A stretch of DNA of 64,000 bases from a virus (lineage: Duplodnaviria > Caudoviricetes), in the IMG/VR virus record IMGVR_UViG_3300036762_000065, positions 64,001 to 128,000 of that record, one strand, 5' to 3'. The notes below the pieces were generated by a model, which worked only from the letters and a program-made list of their open reading frames with translations, did no database searches and was not told the DNA's origin. The position numbers and the translations under genes were made by a program. Below, one piece after another: positions 58,401-64,000 of the stretch (position 1 is the first letter of the stretch; the number at the start of each line of letters is the position of its first letter).

Positions 58401-58636
58401 AAATTAGTAGTGGAGTAACTACGGACAATAGCTCTAAACGTGAACTTAAAAAACGTAAGGTCAAGGAACACAACGAAGCGTATGCTGAAAGTAAGAAACC
58501 TAAACCTATTAAGGCAATAAGTAAAAAAGCAAAAGACAGAGCCATTACATTAATGTTATTGTCAAGTGCTCTTTCTGTAGACAATAGGTTTTTAGACATA
58601 TACAAACATAAATACACTAAGGAAAATAAGTTATGA
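58397..58636 (+). CDS. hypothetical basic protein
   Basis: GTGA overlap; GAGGG RBS. Confidence 0.5.
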   Translation: MKISSGVTTDNSSKRELKKRKVKEHNEAYAESKKPKPIKAISKKAKDRAITLMLLSSALSVDNRFLDIYKHKYTKENKL

Positions 58637-59163
58637 AAACTCCGGAGATTAACCAAGACTACACACAAAAGATTAAAGAACGTTTTAAATATATTATGAT
58701 TGATCTTTTACCAGCAGATCAACTAGACGCATACATACAGAATGAGGTAAACGCCTTCTTCACAGACACAGATGCCAAGTTTACCATAACAGAAAAGACA
58801 GAACGTGTCTATAGCAGCAACAAAATAGTTAGAGAGTTTGGTGTTTCTTGTTCACCGTTCAGATTACTTATTTGGCAAGAACTTAATACTCTTGTCATGG
58901 CCAAGATAAGAGAATTAACGGAGTCTAATGAACTAAAGGCAAGCATCTACAGCAGTATAGATGATACCGGGTATGTTGAATACGAGGAAGCGTTAGGTGA
59001 CCGTTGGGAGAAAAAGTTGGAAGCCCATATACAAACATTAGCCAAAGACATGTTTAGATCAATGTTTACACAGGCTGTAATGACAGCAAAGGAAGAAACT
59101 GTCAAAGAAATACAGAATCATGCTAATCAAGAACACGGCGGCTCTTGGCATCAACGTACATAA
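58633..59163 (+). CDS. hypothetical protein
   Basis: ATGA overlap; AAGGA RBS. Confidence 0.6.
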   Translation: MKTPEINQDYTQKIKERFKYIMIDLLPADQLDAYIQNEVNAFFTDTDAKFTITEKTERVYSSNKIVREFGVSCSPFRLLIWQELNTLVMAKIRELTESNELKASIYSSIDDTGYVEYEEALGDRWEKKLEAHIQTLAKDMFRSMFTQAVMTAKEETVKEIQNHANQEHGGSWHQRT

Positions 59164-59178
59164 AACTTGGAGACAATA

Positions 59179-59763
59179 ATGAGTATTAAACCTGATAAAT
59201 GGATAATTGATCAGTGTGTTAAAAACAACATGATTGAACCTTTTGTTAAGAACCAGGTTCGTTACAAAAATGATTCTGACATTGACCTAAGTGAGAAAAT
59301 CATAAGCTACGGTGTATCCAGTTACGGTTATGACGTAAGGTGTGACCGACATTTTAAAATATTCACTAACATCAATAGCGCAATCATTGATCCTAAGAAC
59401 TTCGATGAACGTAGTTTTGTCGATCACGAAGGTGACTATTGCATCATACCGCCAAATAGTTTTGTTTTGGCCTCTACAGTAGAACGATTTAAAATACCGA
59501 GTAACGTGCTAGTCGTGTGTTTGGGTAAAAGCACCTATGCACGTTGCGGTATTATAGTAAATGTAACCCCTTTAGAACCGGAGTGGGAAGGTCATGTAAC
59601 TCTGGAGTTCTCTAATACAACAACATTACCGGCTAAGATATATGCTAACGAAGGCATTGCTCAAATGCTTTTCTTCGAGTCGGATGAGCAGTGTGATGTT
59701 ACTTATAAAAGTAGAGCGGGTAAGTATCAAGGCCAGTCTGGTGTAACTTTACCTAGGACCTAG
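59179..59763 (+). CDS. dcd: dCTP deaminase
   Basis: [68 protein letters not shown]. Confidence 0.96.
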   Translation: MSIKPDKWIIDQCVKNNMIEPFVKNQVRYKNDSDIDLSEKIISYGVSSYGYDVRCDRHFKIFTNINSAIIDPKNFDERSFVDHEGDYCIIPPNSFVLASTVERFKIPSNVLVVCLGKSTYARCGIIVNVTPLEPEWEGHVTLEFSNTTTLPAKIYANEGIAQMLFFESDEQCDVTYKSRAGKYQGQSGVTLPRT

Positions 59764-59812
59764 ACTGTCTTATACTAAAGATAATAAACATATTGTAAAC
59801 AAGGTGGTTATT

Positions 59813-60205
59813 ATGGGCGAAGTATTATCTAAATTCAAAGCTGCTAAGTTAAGTCCGTTTAAACGGTCTATTGATTTATGTGTGTCAACATTAAGTACTG
59901 ATGAAACTACTGTTTATGCTATTGGCGATAATACCATACCTAAATATAAAAGCGTTTGTGGTCTAACTATATCACCAACCGAATTTATACTAAGTAGTCC
60001 GCGAGGACCGCTAGCCGCTAAACTGATTGCGCAAAAACTATCACATAGACTAGGTAGGCTAAGGAAGGGTTTGAGTTCGGATTACAAATATGCCGGTATA
60101 ACTTACAAACAAGTCCGATTAACTGCAAATAGAGAGCTTATTCAAGTTGTATTCTCCATAATACTTAGTAGGTCGCCTTGCGTGTTAGCCGATTACTATA
60201 AGTAA
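59813..60205 (+). CDS. hypothetical protein
   Basis: AAGGTGG RBS; TGTAAAC upstream. Confidence 0.55.
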   Translation: MGEVLSKFKAAKLSPFKRSIDLCVSTLSTDETTVYAIGDNTIPKYKSVCGLTISPTEFILSSPRGPLAAKLIAQKLSHRLGRLRKGLSSDYKYAGITYKQVRLTANRELIQVVFSIILSRSPCVLADYYK

Positions 60206-60226
60206 TAATACACATTGAGGTTATGT

Positions 60227-60472
60227 ATGAAACGTATTATTCGAGGTATTATTTTATTCTTTCTGCCTGGATTAATTTTGATTAGATTAGTAAAGCAAGA
60301 GTCGCAGAGTATTCAACATAGTTTCTACATATTGTTATTGGTTCTTCTTGTGTACGCAGGTAGCACCGTAACATCTAGGATGTCAGATGTTATTTTAGTG
60401 TTGTTAGTAGACTATGTACTTTTAGCACTTGCTATATATAACCATGTTCAACATAATGGTTATATGGAGTGA
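60227..60472 (+). CDS. small membrane protein
   Basis: Three hydrophobic segments; GAGG RBS. Confidence 0.55.
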   Translation: MKRIIRGIILFFLPGLILIRLVKQESQSIQHSFYILLLVLLVYAGSTVTSRMSDVILVLLVDYVLLALAIYNHVQHNGYME

Positions 60473-60530
60473 AGTAAATAAAAACTGTAAATTAAACATG
60501 TTGTATAACAAACCACAAAAGGAAAATAAA

Positions 60531-60953
60531 ATGAAAGTAACAATTAATGCAGAAATGAAAAAGCACGTTGTCTCAACAATTAATGCTTTGTCTAAAGACA
60601 TACAAACTTTAGGTACTATTGCTAAAGCCACTGCACAGGACATTGCTATTGTTCAACAACAGACTGCGGAAAAAGTAGCAACAGTAAAACTAGCTGCACG
60701 TTTGGTTGATGATCTTCTGAAGTTGGCAGCAGGCGGGCGTCCGTCCACTGCCTTGCTTTCTTCCGGACTGATAACACTTGCAAATACCGAAGAACCTGCA
60801 AAGACTAAAAAAGCCAAGCCAAGTGCAGAGGTGAAAAAGTCAAGCGGTCGAAAAAGTGCAAAGAAGTCTGAAGGTTCTACTGCAAAGCGAGCGAAAACTA
60901 CAGGCACTAAAAAATCTCCTAAAGTAGACAGTACTAAGGCAGCTTCTGTGTAA
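60531..60953 (+). CDS. protein with a Lys-rich histone-like C-terminal tail
   Basis: ATG 60531 after AAGGA; K/S/A/T-rich C-terminus. Confidence 0.65.
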   Translation: MKVTINAEMKKHVVSTINALSKDIQTLGTIAKATAQDIAIVQQQTAEKVATVKLAARLVDDLLKLAAGGRPSTALLSSGLITLANTEEPAKTKKAKPSAEVKKSSGRKSAKKSEGSTAKRAKTTGTKKSPKVDSTKAASV

Positions 60954-60958
60954 TAGTA

Positions 60959-60985
60959 AAAAGGGCAGTACAATACTGCCCTTTT
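60959..60985. terminator. intrinsic, potentially bidirectional terminator
   Basis: aaaagggcagta-caa-tactgccctttt. Confidence 0.8.
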
Positions 60986-61002
60986 CTCTAAGGATAAACT
61001 AT

Positions 61003-61329
61003 ATGCTTAGATACATAGTTATTGAACTGAAAACAAAGGAATGGCAAAGAGAGGTACCTATAATTTTTCCTTGTGTTTTGAACGATAGGGAAATGTTTAG
61101 TATTATTCGTGAATTTTATGGACACCACAGTAGTGATGTTAAATGTGATATAGCGCGATCTTCCAGAACGTGTAAATGTGTTTCTGCAGGTTCTGTATAC
61201 ATACAAGACAGTACGTTTCATTGTAGCGGAGAAAGTGAAATATTAGGCTTAAGGTCTAGAGGAGATGTAGACGGTAGCTTACTTACCGACTACTGTAGAA
61301 GAAATGATATCGGATTTATAGGTAAATAA
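61003..61329 (+). CDS. hypothetical phage protein
   Basis: YIV...E.PIIFP...VSAG......C.GESE.L...SR...D pattern; AAGGA RBS. Confidence 0.6.
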   Translation: MLRYIVIELKTKEWQREVPIIFPCVLNDREMFSIIREFYGHHSSDVKCDIARSSRTCKCVSAGSVYIQDSTFHCSGESEILGLRSRGDVDGSLLTDYCRRNDIGFIGK

Positions 61330-61330
61330 C

Positions 61331-61561
61331 ATGAATGTAACAAATTGGGACGGTGTTGAATATAGTTTAGATGATATTGAGAGCATGGTAAAGGATGCAC
61401 ACGATAACTGTGTGTGCATAAAAGACTATATTGACGGAGATAATGGTACCACTAATGCAATTATAATGTCCTTAATATCAATAATAAGGGAGTTAGAAAA
61501 ACAGAATGAAATTGATATCGAAGACCGAGTTCGACAATCTGAGAAACAACAGCAAGCATGA
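61331..61561 (+). CDS. hypothetical protein
   Basis: AGGT RBS. Confidence 0.5.
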   Translation: MNVTNWDGVEYSLDDIESMVKDAHDNCVCIKDYIDGDNGTTNAIIMSLISIIRELEKQNEIDIEDRVRQSEKQQQA

Positions 61562-61635
61562 GTACGACACAAACGTTAGCGGCAATAAACACGTTGTAAA
61601 AATATTCAGCTATTGCTGTATTGACATCCTTAACG

Positions 61636-62151
61636 TCATAAGAAAGTAACGTTACCGAACAATCCTCCTATTGTAGGGAGTTCGGTAACGTTAACATGCT
61701 GCAAACACTCTGCTTTTTTCATGTATGCCCAATTCTTTGGCAACATTACCCTTTCTCCTCTTGAGTTCAGAAGTAACAGCATGAAGCGGTAGCCTTTCTT
61801 ATGGCAAGCTATTGCTTTTGCGCAAGTCATCGACCATCCTCGTTTCTTATTGTGAACGAGTCCTAGAGTATGTACTGATTTTACTTCAACAATCAATCTG
61901 GCCTTTGGAACATACATATCAGGGAAATAGTCCCTAAACTTTCCGCTATACTTATAACGTATCTTAAACACACCGTTTAGTTCACACTCACACTTTATAT
62001 CCTGAGGCATGAACTTCAATACTTCTGTAAGGTAAGTTAATGCCTGTCTTTCATACCCTTGAACAACTAGCTCTCGGCCATGGAAGTTGAAGGTGTGCTG
62101 TTTGAATTTCTTAAACTGCTTTTTCTTTCTATATGTACGCACACCTAACAT
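61636..62151 (-). CDS. PD-(D/E)xK (TnsA-like) endonuclease
   Basis: QGYE...YFPD.Y......IVEVKS...AKA.AC..KGY.F. Confidence 0.75.
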   Translation of the reverse strand: MLGVRTYRKKKQFKKFKQHTFNFHGRELVVQGYERQALTYLTEVLKFMPQDIKCECELNGVFKIRYKYSGKFRDYFPDMYVPKARLIVEVKSVHTLGLVHNKKRGWSMTCAKAIACHKKGYRFMLLLLNSRGERVMLPKNWAYMKKAECLQHVNVTELPTIGGLFGNVTFL

Positions 62152-62154
62152 AAA

Positions 62155-62688
62155 TCACCCTATACTAAATGCTTGCTGTCTGTTGTTTGTATTGCTCCAG
62201 CTTATATGTACCCAACCACTAACAGGGTCATTTGCCTTAGCGAACTCCCTTATTAGCTGATCATACTTTAAGTTTTCTTTACACCAGTCAAATAGTCTAT
62301 CGTTATATACGCCAGATATTTCTATATCAGCAGCTTGGCCTAGAGGGTGGCTCTTGCGTTTAAAATAAATTGCCCAACTTACTTCATTTATCGGCATGTT
62401 TTGTTTTACGCACCAACGAGCGAAGCTGCTTCTAACGTTATCTTTATTCCAACAAATAACTTTTTCCAGTTCTTCTCCTCTGTACCAACTTTGAGGTCCG
62501 AAAGAGCCAAACTCTTTTCTTATAGGTTCTAGGCAATTGTTTGCAAGAGCACTTGCATTTTGGATAACAATATCATTCTTGACATCATTATCAATGTCCA
62601 TTCTGTCGGCAGTACTGCTACGTACAAGCTCATAGTAATAAAAGTTGTCTGATAGTTTTAATTTACGGTCGTACATAGTATGCCTCAC
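62155..62688 (-). CDS. peptidase M15A-family endolysin
   Basis: LS.NF...EL.RS.TA.R..IDN, LEPIR..FG, S.YR, H..GQAADI, DQLI.E and WVHIS zinc-peptidase motifs. Confidence 0.85.
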   Translation of the reverse strand: MRHTMYDRKLKLSDNFYYYELVRSSTADRMDIDNDVKNDIVIQNASALANNCLEPIRKEFGSFGPQSWYRGEELEKVICWNKDNVRSSFARWCVKQNMPINEVSWAIYFKRKSHPLGQAADIEISGVYNDRLFDWCKENLKYDQLIREFAKANDPVSGWVHISWSNTNNRQQAFSIG

Positions 62689-63155
62689 AGTGTTACTATA
62701 CCTATAGTAAGTAGCAGAATAATGAATTCATAAAACATTGATCTATTATTGTGTGCCCACTCTTCATACCTACGTTGATTCTCTGCCTGTGCAAACTGCT
62801 GGGCAAGTATGTTAGCCTTTTGTTGTTCTAGTGTCACCATTTCTGCAATACTATTACGTTCTCGTATGAGTGCATTGTGTGCATCTACACCTTCCGCAAG
62901 TGCCTTAGTATTGGCATTTGCTGCTATAAAAACTTTCTTTAAATCATCAAGTCCGTCAGATGTATAAGCGGCGTAGGTAGTTCCATCTTTTTGAATTGCT
63001 ATAGCGTGAGGTTTGCTAGGAACTACAACAGCGTTTAATTCTACAAGTTCTAACTTAGGTATTTGTGTTATATCACTTACGGGAGGTTTTATAGGTGTTG
63101 GAGAACAACCTACAGTAAGAAAAATAAACAACAATAGAATGATTTTAGTTGACAT
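62685..63155 (-). CDS. lipoprotein spanin candidate with a C-terminal TM segment
   Basis: Signal peptide with lipobox TVG-C17; coiled coil; hydrophobic C-terminus FIILLLTIGIVTL. Confidence 0.65.
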   Translation of the reverse strand: MSTKIILLLFIFLTVGCSPTPIKPPVSDITQIPKLELVELNAVVVPSKPHAIAIQKDGTTYAAYTSDGLDDLKKVFIAANANTKALAEGVDAHNALIRERNSIAEMVTLEQQKANILAQQFAQAENQRRYEEWAHNNRSMFYEFIILLLTIGIVTL

Positions 63156-63164
63156 GATGTATAC

Positions 63165-63527
63165 TCACTTAAGTGGGTTAGCATCCCGACGCGCTTCTCT
63201 TAAGGCTTGTTCCCGCAGTTCAAGTAGGCTAACTTCATCTTGGTCTGATCTAGGTGCTTTGTTGAATACGCTATCAATTATATAGCCTATAGCTGCGAAC
63301 TCTTGCGGGCTTGCGTTCGGGTTAAATAATATAAGGCTAAGATAACTAAACGCTCCTACACCAAGTGCTAGTTTAGTTCGCGCTTTATTTTCAAACAAGT
63401 AGCGTTTCCAGTGTATACCATCCGATATGCTTTTCTTAACTACGTGTATTCCGAATCCCATTGCTATATAAGCAAGAGACAGTATAAAAGTTTTAAACAT
63501 TGTTTGGTATTCAACTAAAAATTCCAT
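63165..63527 (-). CDS. holin candidate
   Basis: 120 aa with 2-3 TM segments and a charged C-terminal tail, inside the lysis cluster. Confidence 0.5.
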   Translation of the reverse strand: MEFLVEYQTMFKTFILSLAYIAMGFGIHVVKKSISDGIHWKRYLFENKARTKLALGVGAFSYLSLILFNPNASPQEFAAIGYIIDSVFNKAPRSDQDEVSLLELREQALREARRDANPLK

Positions 63528-63540
63528 AATGTTCTCCGCA

Positions 63541-63906
63541 TCAACTTACATCATTATTCCAATCATTTATCTTTTTGGCAATATCATCGTCTTTGTTGTT
63601 ATCAACATTTTTTAGGCTTTGATTGCCGGACTCTAAGGCTTTTTCTGCTTTTTCTGCTTTTTCTGTATACTCAACACGATCTGCCTTAGCACTATCATCC
63701 AGGCGATCTACGGACCTGTCCAGGCGTTCTACGGCCGGGTCTGCGGTGTTAGTTTCGCTAGGTTTTGTACGTGTTATGAATACGTAGGCGACTATAAACA
63801 ACACTCCTATTGCACCGAACATCAGATACGCCTTCAACTTATTTGTTAGTGTGGTAGCGTCTTTAACATCTGCTTTGGCACTGTCTAAAGCATCATGTAA
63901 ATTCAT
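63541..63906 (-). CDS. inner-membrane coiled-coil protein (i-spanin-like)
   Basis: Single TM segment (aa about 27-44) followed by a charged coiled coil. Confidence 0.5.
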   Translation of the reverse strand: MNLHDALDSAKADVKDATTLTNKLKAYLMFGAIGVLFIVAYVFITRTKPSETNTADPAVERLDRSVDRLDDSAKADRVEYTEKAEKAEKALESGNQSLKNVDNNKDDDIAKKINDWNNDVS

Positions 63907-64000
63907 AGGATATCCTTATGCTTAAGGTTTCTTTGTTTCATCTCTAAATCAGTAAGGTCACGCAATCGCAACAAGTCCTTACCGGATAGATCATGTAAAC

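Noticed and set aside
46379-59763. Uracil-substituted or otherwise modified genome inferred from the dCTP deaminase
   Set aside because: A dUTPase is also encoded, which fits ordinary dUMP/dTTP supply for an AT-rich genome; no base-modification genes are visible.
61636-62151. Transposon or intron-associated mobile element
   Set aside because: No terminal repeats, transposase partner or interrupted host gene is seen; it is treated as a free-standing nuclease.

Overview
AT-rich, densely coding segment of a large (jumbo-type) contractile-tailed dsDNA phage genome. The gene content points to a Gram-negative, probably gammaproteobacterial host. 1-44.3 kb (+ strand) is the virion morphogenesis region: the 3' end of a tail-sheath paralog, a 2.9-kaa protein with 26 Ig-like repeats, fibre proteins, an NAD-dependent DNA ligase, HDOD and GT2-TPR genes, a candidate prohead protease, scaffold, major capsid protein, a PcfJ-like/LRR protein, a second sheath, tube, hub chaperones, tape measure and baseplate. 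44.4-61.6 kb (+ strand) holds small early/middle genes: dimeric dUTPase, adjacent globin and hemerythrin, RNase H, DHH phosphoesterase, DenV, dCTP deaminase and Lys/Ala-rich proteins. 61.6-64 kb (- strand) holds a lysis cassette and a PD-(D/E)xK nuclease. From memory, not from a search, the gene order resembles RSL1/Lu11/PaBG/Y3-type jumbo myoviruses. The most striking unexplained signal is a short N-terminal leader, M-K-I-x-I-S-L-S or a variant ending E-S-x-S. It sits on at least 4-7 otherwise unrelated proteins inserted among the head genes, and matching S-x-S motifs recur in the scaffold and capsid protein. This suggests a modular capsid-packaging and protease-cleavage tag system whose cargo includes a shuffled LRR protein. 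All functional calls come from motif recognition by eye; no database search was run.
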